Source of the DNA: Eledone cirrhosa
Lineage: Eukaryota
Assembly (NCBI GenBank): GCA_964016885.1
Contig: OZ024741.1
Coordinates: forward strand, 237,274,001-237,338,000
Length of the DNA stretch: 64,000 nucleotides
Direction: 5' to 3'
Under the pieces are notes generated by a model. That model was given only the letters and a program-made list of their open reading frames with translations, was not told the DNA's origin and made no database searches. Position 1 is the first letter of the stretch; every line of letters begins with the position of its first letter. The translations under genes were made by a program, and so were the position numbers. Positions 25,267 through 39,314 of the stretch are shown piece by piece.

Positions 25267-28200
25267 CTATTTTCCTATGATTTCAAGTGTTAAACTAATA
25301 TATTTCACGTGTTAAACTAATATATTTCACATGTGAAAATAGGAGGTAAACTAGTTTTGAAAATCTAAACAGTATCAAAGTACTCTCTGAGTTTCTTTAA
25401 TGTAACTTTTTTTTTTTTCTTATCTTGACAACGGTAATAAGACACAAGGACATACCATGACAGTATTATGTTAAGACCTGCTTAATAACTTGTCAGTGAC
25501 TTTTCACCTTGAAGTCATAGATATCATACCAGTATGTTTTAGTAATAGATAACACAATCTTACCTCACAAAAAGATTCACATGTTATCAGGGTAAGTATA
25601 ACATCACACCTTAAGTTAAAATATGGAACAAAGTGAGCTGCTATGCAGTCACTTAATTTGCTAGAAATAGCTTGTTATATTATTGAAGTGATAGATTGGA
25701 TCATAGTCCTAGATATATTGAGGCATATTGGATCATGTAATATCCTATATACAGTAATTTTTTATTATTACATTTGACTCAGGAAGGTGGGTTGGCAGAT
25801 TCATTAAAGCATCAGACAAATGCTTCGCAGTATCTGTTCAGACTCTTTATTTTCTGAATTCAAATCTGAAGATGAGTTTGGCTTTCGTCCTTCCAAGCTC
25901 AATCAAATAAAGTACCAATCAAGGACTGAGGTCAATATATTCAATTTTTCCCTCACCACAAATTACTGGCCTTATGCCTAAATGAGAAACTATTATTGCA
26001 CCAATCTTGGAGATGAGTCTAATAGGAATTTTCTTTTTAGTATTAAAGGTATCAATTGATAGGTTTGTTTAGACTTTTGAAAGTGAAATTGGTTTTTTCC
26101 TGTGATTGAATTCTTTTATGTATTTTGAATAAATATAGACTTCAAAAACCATTGTAAATTAATAATTTTGTGTGGTTCCCCTTCCCAAGAATTCCATAAC
26201 ACCTGACTCAGAAACAAGTGTTATAAAAACTTACCAGATATACCAGGAAAACAAATATGGCTGAATGATTAAGAAGTTCATTTCACTATCATGAGGTTTC
26301 AAGGGATCGATCCCACCTCATGGTGGCAGCTTGGGTAAATGTCTTTAATATATCCTCGATTCAACCGAAGTCTTGTGTGAGAAATTGGGTAGATGGAAGC
26401 TGCGTGAAAGTGTGGACCTTGAAGGTCCATCTTTGTGACATACTTACTCTGATTCAGCTAGGGTATTATGTTATGGTCACATATATCTGTAAAATACTCT
26501 GCCACTCACATGTTTTATTTTAATGAGCTGAACATTTAGTTGATCAAACAACTGAATGCTCTTCATGGAAACTGTTGAGATAACATACCTTGTACTGGTG
26601 CTACGATAAAATGCATGGTGCATTCTATGGAGTCTGGAATGTATGTTGGCCAGATGCAGGCTTCCTTACCATTGAGAGCACTGATTAAATTATGACCTGA
26701 TCTATGACAACCTGTCCAACACTTGCTTGGAGAGAAAAGCAGTATAGGAGGTTGTGAAAGTCAATTATAATTAACTCTGTACTTGACTGGTACTTTATTT
26801 TATTGACCCCAGATGATTGAAAGGCAAAGTTAATTTCAGTGAGATTTGAAATCAGAAATTAAATGGCCATAACTACTACAAAGCATTCTTTTCTACTGAT
26901 TCTGCTAATCCAACTCCATATTAATAATATTAATCATGATTTCTAATTAAGGTAGAAGATTAGCAGTTTTGTGTGGGAGGTGGGTAAGTCAATAATATCA
27001 ACCTCAATTCCTAACTAATACTTTATTCATGCAGATGAATGAAAGGCAAAATTGACCTTTGCAGGATTTGAACTCAGAACGTAGAAAGTCATAACTAAAT
27101 ACCACAAAGCATTTTGTCAAACACTCTACCAATGCTGCCAATCAACTGCTTAATAATTGTTTCTACATTTGACTCAAAACCATTATGAAGAGAAGGGGAA
27201 AGTCAATTAAATCAACCCCAGTGCATTATTTTCTCAATCTCATAAGGATTAAAGGCAACACTAACCTTGGTGGGATTTGCATTCAGAGCGTATAGGGACG
27301 TAACTCTGTTGCAAAACATGTTTGATGCTCTACTGATACTGCCAATCCACCACCCTACAGAAACAGAAGGTCAGACATGGTGGTGGTGGGGTTAATCATT
27401 TATATAAACCCCAGTATCTGACTGGGACTTTATTTTTGTTGACCATGTCAAAATTTGACCTCAGAATGTAACTAAATACTACAAGGTATATTTCTGAATG
27501 TTCAAATAGTCTTGCCAAATCTCTGGCATAATTATAACAATAATAATACTGCTTATACATACATAGTGCAATGAAATTCACTTTTGACATATACAACACC
27601 AAAGTTGTCCAATTTTCTCTCTTATGTAGATATGATGTGGGCCATGAAGACTTATCCAGTCTTGGAAAAACATGGGAAATAATGATGAGAAGGATGCATG
27701 TGTATACACTAACATAGAAAAATGATGTTATGTCACCCCAGATCAGTTCTGCTTGAGTAGCTCCATGATACACAGTTGGCTAAACAATTAGACCTGACCT
27801 CACAGGTCTGTTATTCAACTTAGTTAAGGACTACCATATTCCACATTCAATGATGAATTGTATTGGATCTTTGTCACAGTGATAGTATGGATACATTGCA
27901 CTCTCTCTCTCTACTGTCCAGTCGATTTCTATTTATTCTTAACATAATGTAAGGACTTAGCAGAAAATATCTTAAAATGCAGGTTTGTTAATTTAAATGT
28001 TTATAGTATCTTTAGTAGCAGACAGATCATTGTGAAAATTTGCAGTAAGTTAAAGATTTTAATTTTTAATGTGATAGTCTTAGTGCTGTTTTTGTACTTT
28101 ACAAGAATGTTATGCTAATGTGGTTTCATGTGGTACAGGACGTTGGAAGTAAAAGAAATTACTAACACAGTAGCTTCACCATGATGATCATCATGATCAT

Positions 28201-28649
28201 CAACATTTATTTTTACTGCTATAATATACTCTTGGAAAAACTTGTAGATCAGCTATCACTGCATGTGTAAACTAATTAAAATTTATTAGATGCATTGGAC
28301 AGTTTTAAAGCTTAGCAATGGGCCTAATTGAACACTATTGTTACAGTGAAATATATCAGATTTATATAACGTCATATGCAATATTCCTAACACCAACAAG
28401 TTTACAGAGTGTATTAGGTACATTTTATTGTGACACCAATACTAGAAAGGTTATCCTGTTCTTGGCTGGACTAAACAGCCATCTCTACCTTACATTGTCT
28501 TTGTTTAATTGTCAACCATTTGACAGAGGTATTGGGTGCACAATGTTCATTTGTACAATATTCCACATCCATGTAGTGCCCGCTACACAAAGGGTCTTAC
28601 ACAATGTCTTCCCTAAATGTCTCCACAATACATCCACAATGTCACCTCC

Positions 28650-28740
28650 GCACACAGGGACAGGTACTTCCCTCCCCACTCAGGGGCAGGTGCCTCCCCC
28701 TTCACTCGGGCAGATACCTCCTTCCCCACTCAGGGGCAAA
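28650..28740. repeat. ~21-25-bp GC-rich tandem repeat (CAGGG..CAGGT.CCTCC..CCCACT)
   Basis: 3-4 imperfect units. Confidence 0.7.
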
Positions 28741-29180
28741 TGCTTCATTCCTCATACAGTGGCATGTGCCACACTCCACCCAGACAAGCGTCCCACAAAA
28801 CCACTCCAATTACTTGAATTTTGTTGACTCTGCACTTATTGTAGTGTCACTGTTTTATCAGAACCACTGTTCAGTGTTCATAAGTGTGTGTACATACTGT
28901 TTAGATAAATCAACTTGATGAAAGAGATAGAGCATAGACATATCATGATTACACGCGAGTCAGTGTCAAAAGTCACTCACCTTAGTTTATAATAGGTAAG
29001 ATGGTGGCAGGGGATGGAAGTGTTCTTGATCCTTGATACTATCACATAAAATGTGGTAGAGGTGAGGGTGTTAGTTTCACTTTTGTTGACAAGATATTGA
29101 AGTGTTTTGTGTAAACTACCTACCCCTATCCCCACCACTTATATACATGTACATCAACATCATTCCACCTCTCCTCTTAA

Positions 29181-29398
29181 CCCTTTAGCATTTAAATTAC
29201 TCTATATTTACTATTATATTTTCATGGCAAAGTCTTTTTCACATAATTATCTCACAAAATATCGAGTCTATAAGATTTTGATATTACTTATTTTGAAAAC
29301 AATACCTTAACCTCAATATGAGTGACCAGTTACAGCTGGTTTGAACAGAAAGAGGTGAGAGAATTCTGGCTGGAAACGGCCAGTTTAATGCTAAAGGG
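29181..29398. mobile_element. piggyBac-type MITE
   Basis: TTAA-CCCTTTAGCATT...AATGCTAAAGGG-TTAA; inverted relative at 58222-58420. Confidence 0.75.
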
Positions 29399-30312
29399 TT
29401 AAGTTTATAACCTCCCTCCATTTGTGTAAACTATCCCCACAACTTTACATATTTTCTGCATTTTCTGCCCATGTTTCACTTAATGCAACTCTGTATTTGC
29501 ACATAGATGTCATATAGTTAGCATTTTGTTTGTAGAAATATTTTGTTGTTGAGAATAGATACCATAGATTCAAAATCTAGTAATGTAACCTGGCATTCTA
29601 TTCATGGGGCAGTATATCACTCATCCGTTTCATGCTGACATGCAACTACATAGTGACAACTTCAATCCCACTGTGCTGCATACTTTGGCAAGTGTTTTCT
29701 ACCTTAGCAGAGTAAACTAATACTATGTGTGAAATTTGATAGATGAAACTGTGGGTGGCCCATCAAAGAGGGAGTACCTGTTATAGGATGAACATAATCC
29801 ATTTCTGCAATCCAGTTCAAATCCTGCCAAAGTCAACTTTGCATTTCATCCTTTCATAATAGATAAAAGAAGTACCAATCCAGTACTGAGGTTGATTTTT
29901 TTTTTTTTTTTTTTGTTTTCTCTGTGCCGCATTCTTTTTTTTTCTTTATCACTCTCTCTCCTTCTTTGGAAGAAATCGGCTCTGTTCAGGCCTAGGAAAG
30001 GCTTAAAATGTCCGAGACATGCTGCATGTTATGTCAGTGCCACTAAGACTCCACCCGGAGTTATGGGTCAATACATAATCTATCGCCCTGTTTAACATCA
30101 TCACCTGGTCCTTGAGTGTTTTTAGCAGTGTTCACTGTGTCATAAGCATTTGGGCCAGGCCTTTGGTTTGATGTTAAATTTGATCCTTCCTCACATAAAT
30201 TTCAAAGGTTCTGGAACGAATCATGAGCACTGCCCATCCTTTATCTAAACCACTGAAAAAAAAACAATAAAAAGAAAGTTAAGCTTTAGACTGTATGTAA
30301 CTCTTTCCTACA

Positions 30313-31337
30313 ATCAGACCTGGACACAATGCAGCACAGACTGGCAACTGAAGCTGGCTGTGGACAAGTGTACCACCATGCATTTTGGAAGGAAAAATCC
30401 AGCGTCCACATACTCCCTCCACAACACTGATATCAAAAAGTCCTCTTGTGAATGTGACCTGGGCATTACTGTCAGCAACGATTTGCGTTGGACAAAGCAT
30501 GTCTCTAAGATTGTCAAGAAGACCGAGGGTGTCTTGGCATCACTCAGCAAGACCTTTGTTAGCCGCTCTCCAGCCATCTATTTAAAACTGTATACAGCTA
30601 TGGTGCGACCACACTTGGAATTCGCATCATCAGTCTGGAACCCCTATCTTGTTCGGAACATTGACCTCCTGGAAACTGTTCAGAGACGTGCAACCAAGCG
30701 CATACCCTCCATCAGACACCTACCATACTCTGAACGCCTTGCTTCCCTGGGCATGGATTCATTGAAGCTCCGACGTCTGGCAATGGACTTGGTGAATACC
30801 CACAAAGTTTTTAACCATCTCGCCAATTGCAACCCTGAGCGCCTCTTTGATCTCCATGTGTCTAACACACGTGGACATGCCTACAAAATCAGAAAACAGC
30901 ACAGCTCCCATGACTTTCGTAGACATTTTTTCACGCTCAGAGTTGCTGAAGCATGGAACAAACTGCCTGCATCAATTGTTAGCTGCCGAGACACTGCATC
31001 CTTTAAGACACTCATGCTTCCCGAAATACGCCAAAACTACACCTGATGTACCCCTTCCATACACATGCACACATGTGTGTATCATGACTCGTGCACTTTT
31101 CATTTTACTGATGTTTGTGCATTGCCCTATGTACTGTACATGCACTTTTTTGATGAGTTGTGGTGCACCTGGGCACTGTACACAATATTTCATTATTGTT
31201 ATTGTTATTATATCATGACTCGTACACTGTTCATTTTCCTGACATTTGTACATTATTCTATGTACTATACATGCACCTTTGATGAGTTGTAGTGCACCTG
31301 AGCACTGTACACAATAATTTCATTATTATTATTATTA
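30313..31337 (+). mobile_element. 5'-truncated CR1/L2-type LINE with duplicated 3' UTR and (TTA)n tail
   Basis: ORF 30360-31046: DLGITVSNDLRW, LYTAMVRPHLEFASSVWNP, LETVQRRATK, TRGH, WNKLP. Confidence 0.88.
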
Positions 31338-31703
31338 TATATGAGCCCATAACTCCTGATAGATTAGTAGGGGTGCCATTATGGCAAAGGAATGAGTATT
31401 GTGCATTTTAAGCCTGGTGGAGCCCATCCCCACTTCATGTATGAACATAGCCAATTTCTTCCAGTGAGAGAGAGGAATTGAGAAAGAGATATACAGAAAA
31501 AAAACCTTGAAAGGACAAAAATTGACTTCACAAGATTTGAGCTTGGAGAGCCAAAAAGAATCCCTTAAAGCATTCTATCCTATTCACTACCTAACCTTTA
31601 GACTAATGAGACATTAATTCTTCACATCTAGGTAGAAAAGTTCTTTGTCGCTTATGTCTAAAATAGTGCTTATTTATTTCTCTTGGTTTCCTTTTACAGA
31701 ATC

Positions 31704-31890
31704 ATGCTACGTAAATTTGTGCAACAGACCAGCACCCAGCTGTTCCGAGCTGCCCACACCCAAGCTGCTGTGTCAGCGACAATGACCAAAAGTAGGATTG
31801 GAGAGAAATCAGAAGTTTTTTTTGAGAAAGAGAATAAATATGGTGCTCACAACTACCAGCCAGTCCCTGTTGCTCTCTGTAGAGGTGAAG
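31704..31890 (+). CDS. OAT: Ornithine aminotransferase, coding exon 1 (includes predicted mitochondrial transit peptide)
   Basis: Acceptor TTTTACAG|AATC-ATG; MLRKFVQQ...YGAHNYQPVPVALCRGEG; donor GTATGT; phase 1. Confidence 0.93.
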
Positions 31891-31906
31891 GTATGTAAAA
31901 AATAAA

Positions 31907-31943
<37 letters not shown>

Positions 31944-31988
31944 CGAAGGAGGTGTGGTAAGGAACCAGATGGACCACAACGCACCAGA

Positions 31989-32138
31989 GTACTCAATACT
32001 TAGGAAAGTAGAGTGGGTAATAGGAAAATTTTTGACCTCGACGGCTGAGCTCAAGCCGTTTTGACGCCTATTTCTGGAGTTCAAAAATAGCCGTCGAAAC
32101 AGCTTGAGCTCTGCCGTCGGGGTCAAAAATTTTCCTAT
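31989..32138. mobile_element. Palindromic insertion (arms 32020-32073 and 32084-32138) between (TA)n tracts, with the conserved hairpin motif
   Basis: Direct inverted match; motif at 31989-32014; GAAAC remnant only. Confidence 0.65.
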
Positions 32139-35100
32139 ATATATATATACATATTTATCTCCCAGTAGAGCTTTCTCTGTTCTTTCCTTATCTCATCACA
32201 TTAGCCACAAGTGAGTCTCCATCCAGCAGACGTATGATCAAATACGTTCTAACCATGACCACTCCATATTGACATAGTGCATCTAATACTATATTATCCA
32301 AAGTCTCCCTCAAATCATACCCTTAAAGAATGCATTGGATCATGAACTCCTAGATACATACTGTCTGAGTAAAAATATCTGATCGCTTTTGGATTGCTGT
32401 TCATAGGTCTGCTCGATCAAGGTTAAGCTGGTGCTAAACAATATGTGTGTATGTGTATACATACATGCACACACAAACCAAGGTAGCCAAATCTCCCCAC
32501 TAAAAAAAAAAAAGGAAATTTTGGATTATGTAGTCCTAGATACTCATTTCTTAGCTTCAAGCCCTTCTTCTTCTTCCATGTTAAACCAATCAATTGATGA
32601 AGTCTGCTAGATTTGAACTCAGCTTACAAAAAGCTGAAACAAATATCGCAAATCACCTTATCTGATGCCTTAACATCTGTACTTTATTTTATCAATCTTG
32701 AATTGACTGTCACAGGATTTGAACTCCAAATGCAGAAGCTCGAACAAATAACGCAAGACATTTTGTCTTACCCACCTTAGAGTGGCTGAGTAAACTGTTT
32801 TATCTTTCAGTTTAGCTCATAATGTCCTGTACCACATTAAGCCGTATTGGCAAGACATCTTGAAAAGTACAAAACGCTGTGACTGTATCACATTAAAAAT
32901 TAAAGTATTTACTTTAGTTTACTGCAAATATTCACATTAATCTCTCCACTAGTAAAGATAATGTAAATATTTTAATTAACAAACCAGTTTTTAAAGATAT
33001 TTTTTGCTAAACCATTACAGGATATAAGAGTTAAAGGCTGGCTTAGGGAGATGGTATTAACTTTTTTAATAGTATTTTAGGATGACTTGATTTGATTTGT
33101 GACTTCATGCTGAAGACTGTGTTTTTGGATTGCCATCAATAACATTTATTAATAATTAGCTCAATTTTTTTTTCTTAGGTTTCCCTGTAATTAAATTAAA
33201 TGTTTTTGTATAACACTGTATCAATCCTGATTTATGGAATATGTACATCATATCTCTGCATGTTGAAAGAAGCAACTAAAAAGTGATGTCAGGAAGGGCA
33301 TCTGGCTGTAAAACATTGCCTCAGAAAGTTTCATTTAATACATGCCAGCATGAAAATTATGTACCCATATCTCCAGGTGGAGTTGTAGGGGCATTGTAGT
33401 GATATTTTAAACCTTGTGGAGTCCATCTCTCCTGGTTTGAAAACAGTCAATATCTTTCAGAGGAGAAGAGTGTGTTAGAGAGAGAGGAAGAACCGACCCT
33501 GCTGTTAGACTGCTATATTATTTATTGACCTTGAAAAGATGAAAGGCAAAGTTAACTTCAGTGGTATTTGAACTCAGAAAACTGAAACTTGAATGCTGCA
33601 AAGCAGGTGTTCCAACAATTCTGCTAATTCACTGCCACCATTATGGAAGAGCAGCCATAAAAAACAGCAGCAACGACGATGACGATGATGATGATGGAGT
33701 TATGTCAGAATCTGAAAACATTGTGTAAGAGTTATCATTATTTATCATCAAAAGGCGGTGAATTGGCAGTATAGGTAGAGGGCCGGACGCCTTGCTTTGA
33801 CGCATAGTTACGGCCCTTGCCATTCTGAGTTCAAATCCCGCCGAGGTTAACTTTGCCTTTCATCCTTACTGGGTCGATAAAATAAAGTACCAGTAATGTA
33901 CTGGGTAATTGCTGGCCTTGTGCCAATAGTAGAAACAATTATTTATCATCAACCAAGCAGAGAGGAACAGTTTTTTTTCCAGCTTGAAGGAATGACCTTT
34001 TTAATGAACTTGCTGCCATGCAGGAGTTTTATTTATCCCAGAGGGATTAAGGTAAAAAAAAGTAGTCACAGGACGTGAAGGAGAAGTAGCGTTGACATTT
34101 CAAACTGACTTCTCTCTTCTGACACACACTTGGGCTTATATAAGTACAAAAGGGTAAAGGAACAAGTAAGAGAGAGAGAGAGAGAGTGTGTGTGTGGTGT
34201 TACTGAATGATGAATGGGGCCTTTGCATAGAGAGTACAGGCATGCTATTGAAATTACATCTTATTCATGTAGCTACTGTCGCATTAACATGTTAACTATA
34301 ATAGAATGGTGATGGTGGGAGAGGGGATAGTGGAGGGAGGTGGGAGTGAGGGAGGTTGGGAAGGAGTGAAAGAAAAGAGAGGAGGAGGAAGAGAAGGAAA
34401 TTTTGATTGAAGTATCTGGAGAAGGAGAAAGATATGGAGTAACTGAGAGAACAGACCAATGAGCAAAGAAAATCTGTAATCATCCTACCTTTTTTTAAAG
34501 GGTGTCTATGACATATCTAATGTCCTTCCTTTTTTTTTAAGATAAGGTAATATTTGAAGGATATATGGCTACTATATTTAGCAGGTTGAGTAATCATGCA
34601 GAAGCTCCCTTGTCTGCTCAATGAGAGAGCTTCTGCATGGTCGCTTGATCTGCTAGAAATAATAGCCATGTATCCCTCATTATTTCTAATGGCAGTATGT
34701 TACTGGTGGTGGTCTTGAGGTGTTTAGGTGTTTAACTCTAGATCTGTCCATCCCATCATTCCAGCCATGATCATCTCATTTTTTTTCTGGACATCGAGGA
34801 TTGCACTATTAATAATAATAATGAAAATTATTGTGTACAGTGCTCAGGTGCACTACAACCAATCAAAGGTGCATGTAAATAGAATAATGTACAAATGTCA
34901 CACACACACACACACGTGTATGGAGGAGGAATACCATTGCAGAGAGTTTTGCCATAAGTCTTTTGTGTGGCACAGAATTACAAGCTCTAGCAAAGTCCTT
35001 TCTTTTTAAATTCAGAAGTATATAGAAAGACATTTGGCTGTTATTTCTAACATGTTAAATGATCATGTAGCAGTTTGTTCACTCATTAGTTTACTGTTGT

Positions 35101-36814
35101 TGTAGTCGGTGGTGTTGGTTATCATTGTAGATGTTAGATTGGTGGTGGTTTTTGGTGTTAGTTGTAGTAGTAGTGTTGGTAGTTGTAGATGATGATGGTG
35201 ATGTTGTTATTGCAGAACTCACATATTTGCTAGTTTTTGTGAGATAAGATAGAGAAACTTTGCCAAGATGTACTACAAATGTTTGTCATTACTCCAGCTA
35301 ACCACCACCACCACCAATTCCATTACCACTGCAACCATCATCACAATAAATAACACTCTAATTACTATCACTACCATCACCTCCTCTCCAAACCATTGTT
35401 GCGTTACATAAGAGTTAATTGCTTGACAGTAATAGTCTGCCATCAACTCTCCTCCTCTCACATACACTAAAGGTCACATGTCAATGACCTTTCCTTCATG
35501 ATATTTGAATTTTTTTTTTTTTTTTTTAAGAAAACAAAATTATGTAATCTCAAATAGAGATTTATGTTTTGCCTTGGTTTTGTATTTTAGATTTTATCAC
35601 AATAATAAGGGTTTCTAATTTAGGCACAAGGCTAGCAATTTGTGGAGAAAGGAATCGACCCTGGAAGGACGATAGGCAAAGTTGACCTTGGCAGGATTTA
35701 AACTCAGAATGCTTTACAGTATTTACACTATCTCCTGTTCTGATGACTTTGCCAATTCACTGCCCTTTTTATCATAATGATAATAATGATGATTTCTTTT
35801 CTTGGCACAAGAGTTACAGATGTTAGTCATCATCACCATCATCATCATCATCACTGTCACTATCACCCCCATCATTATGTATTGCACTCTTGGTACAGCC
35901 TCTATGACAATATTCTTTTACTCTGTTAGAGTGGAAATGGTTGTCTTGGAGGAAAGGGATTTTTTAAGCTTCAGTCTCATCAGGAGATTATCTGTTTCAT
36001 GTGGTAAGTGATTGACATCAGTCCATTGCAAGGTTAACTAACCTCTCCTAAAATCAACTTTTACTACTTCTGGCCATGTCTTCCGAGGTCTACCTGCACT
36101 ACTACTTCCTTCCATGTGGAACTTTTGGTATTTTTTAGCCCAATGACCATCCAGACATTACATTTCCATATCAGTGCAATCTTCTCTCTTGCACACATCT
36201 TAACTCATTTGTGCATTATAGTTTATGCACACCATAATTACATATCCAACAGATCATTTCTTCCTAACTTTAGCACATTCCCTGCATTCAATGTCTCACT
36301 ACCATGCAACATTAAACTTTGTACATAGGCATCATACAATCTACCATTTGTTCAGTGAGAGAAGCTCTTTGATGAAATATATATTTTTTTAAATTGTAAT
36401 TTTTAAGATGCATGAAAAGTATGTCACTTATAAGGATTAGTATTTTTATCAAGGCTCTTGTCAGATGAAAGGTGTTGCTGTTGAACTTAGCCCACTTTAA
36501 ACTAATATTTGATCTAAAGCACTCCAGCTCTAGCCAGATTATCCTTTTTTTTATATACATACATAGTGGATTGAAATACCATATATACTTAAATATAAGC
36601 CAGACCCCACTATTTCATGTCTGAGAGGTGGGCAAAAATCCAAACCCTATGTATAAGCCAAGACAACTAATCAACACATGTTTAGAAGATGTGGTTTGAA
36701 ATTGTCATGATTATAAAATATATGAAGTTTTAAGTGTCATTTAAAATATAGTTTTTGTTTCACAATTCCATTATGTAATGAGTTTCCATTATGTTAAGTT
36801 TCAACAAGTTTCTC

Positions 36815-36854
<40 letters not shown>

Positions 36855-37939
36855 CTGGTCACTCACACACATGCTGGGAGTACTTTGAAAGTAAGATATC
36901 AAATAAGAGAACTTTGTTATAGGGATTCATAAAGTAGAAGAGGGAGGGAGAAACAGCGAGTGAGAGAGAGAAGTAGAGTAAGAAAAAGAAAGAGCGAGAG
37001 TAAGAAAATTAAATCAGAAGTAAGATTTCACCTTACATAAGATTGAAAGAAAAAGTATTAAGTCGGAAAAACGTGCGCACGTGTGTGTGTGTGCATGCGT
37101 GCGTTCGTTGGATATTTATATATTAAAAAGTTCAAATTATAAAATTTGTTGGAAATGTTTTCATGGGGATACATAAATAACACCAATGATGATGTAAATG
37201 TAGAAAAAACAGTGTTTCATTGTAGAATAATTACTCTAGATATTTTAACGCAGAATTTGAAATTAGTGGAAATTAGCAAAATATTGACCTTGAATATAAT
37301 CTGCCCTCATCCCATTTTACCATTGATATTTTTTTTGTCACATACTTCTCAGTTTATTGTCGAGTATATACAGGAGTTAAGTTTATTTTACAACCACAAG
37401 GATTGCTTTGGGGCATCTTGGGCAAGTACAGTTTTCATTGAAAGACATGGGTTCTAAATAGTTTTTCACTTTAGACACAACATTATACCCATTTTAACTA
37501 TGTAAACACTGTATCTCTCTCTGAAGTTTATTTGGGGTTAAGCATGCAGAGAATTGATTGAACTAATTGTGATCTACAGATCTATTGCTGTAAATATACC
37601 ATACATCTACATGGTTGAATCTGCTATTTAATACTTGGATACTAGTGTCTTTCACACTACACTAATCGATATAAGATGCTGTGTAGCAGTAGTCTAGCCT
37701 TCTTGATTTTTCTCCAGTCAATTTTATTCCTGTATGGCTGTAGTTTCTGGTGATGACCACAGCTGAGGTGGACAGCATGAACTTAATCAAAACCTGGCAG
37801 CTGTCACTATTCCCCTTCTCTTATATATGTTAGTGTTTATCCCAGTGCATTGTTTGTGGGCTAAGAAAATTGTTTTTGTAATTGAATGTATTTAAGTCCC
37901 ATTCTAGAGTTACAGCAGGTGGAAGTCAAGATACCAGAG

Positions 37940-38270
37940 GTAACCACCTGAAAAGTTGAGTTGCTAGAAATTACCAAATGGTGTCCCAGGTCACCAACTA
38001 AAGGTATCAGCTCACCAGCTGAAGAGTCAATGTACCCCAGATAACCAGCTGAGGTTACCCAAGCCATCAGTTGAAGGTTTAAGGTGTCTGTCACCAGCCA
38101 AAGTGTCAGGGTACCAGTGGTTACTTGCTGAAGTGTCAATGTATCCCAGACCACCAGCTAAGGTTACTCAAACCATCAACTGAAGGGTCAAAGTACATTA
38201 GGTACAGCAGGTCTCCAGGTGAAAAGTCAATAATTAAAGATGCCCTGGTCACCAGCTGACAGATCAGTAG
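37940..38270. repeat. Degenerate tandem repeat (CACCAGCTGAAGGGTCAA-like units)
   Basis: Recurrent ACCAGCTGA(A/G)G motifs. Confidence 0.6.
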
Positions 38271-39314
38271 CTTGTCCTGCCATTGATCTTATATGTCTAT
38301 GACCATGACAATTTCAAAATAAACTGCCTGGTTTATCTAGCCATGAAGTGGAACAACCCATTGCTTAAAGCACTGGGAGCCTCTGCTGCCGATGCGTGTC
38401 CGCCACTACCAAAGCGTTCCGTTGCCGACCCGTATGCTTGTGTGTCGCTGCTGGCGAATGCTGCCAAAGCGTTCCGCCTCCGATGTGTTCTGCCACCTAT
38501 GCCTGCCTTACTAACAAGTATTTTGTTAACTTTCTGTGTAAGTGTAGCATGGAGAGGATTAGTCTCAGCTAGGCTGATTTGCTCTACTTTCCATGAAGAC
38601 TGTTATTGTGATGCAACATCTTCCTGTGACCTTGTTGAGGTGTAGCTCCCACTTTATTCATAAGTGTTGCTTATTAATACATCTTGCACAGTTTCCTATG
38701 AGGTTGTATCTCATAGAAGTTCTAGAGGCTCCAATCCTGTCATGTCACTATTTTTCTAATGAAAGTAGGTCAGATTTGTACTCAAAATGCACAAAGCCAA
38801 AACGGATACCATTTTGCTGCATTGACTAGACTTTACCTATTAACTGAAAAGGTGAAAGGCAAAGTTGAGCTCTGTTGAATTTGAACCCTGAGCACAGAAA
38901 GCTTGAACTAATACCACAAGGCATTTAATCTGAAGCTCCAATGACTCTGCCAATTTGCCACATCATCATCATCATCATCATTATTTTTACATTGACTTTT
39001 CCATGGTGACATGGGTTGGATGGGAGAGTTTTTGAGGAAATGTGTTACAATTAGATGCCCTTTCTGACATCAACTCTTTTAGTTTCTTCTTATGACACAC
39101 AGATATGCTGTACCTATTCTAAACCAGATAGATTTACATGGTATCAGACATTTTAGCTAACACAAACTATTTATGAATTCTTTTTCAATGTTATGTTATA
39201 AATATTAAAAAAAAATTTTTTGTGAATTTTATTTTCATATTTAACAAATAGTGTGATGCTTTATGATTTTTTTTTTCTTTTTTTTTTTTTTTTCTTTTTT
39301 GCTTTGTTTGACAG

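Noticed and set aside
25078-25293. GIY-YIG endonuclease C-terminus upstream of the 25231 hammerhead
   Set aside because: The position would fit a Penelope 3' end, but the translation is too degenerate to support the call.
38283-38645. 120-aa ORF with a GC-rich core as a nested gene
   Set aside because: The core is a short internally repeated segment (CCAAAGCGTTCCG twice) with no recognisable domain or splice context.
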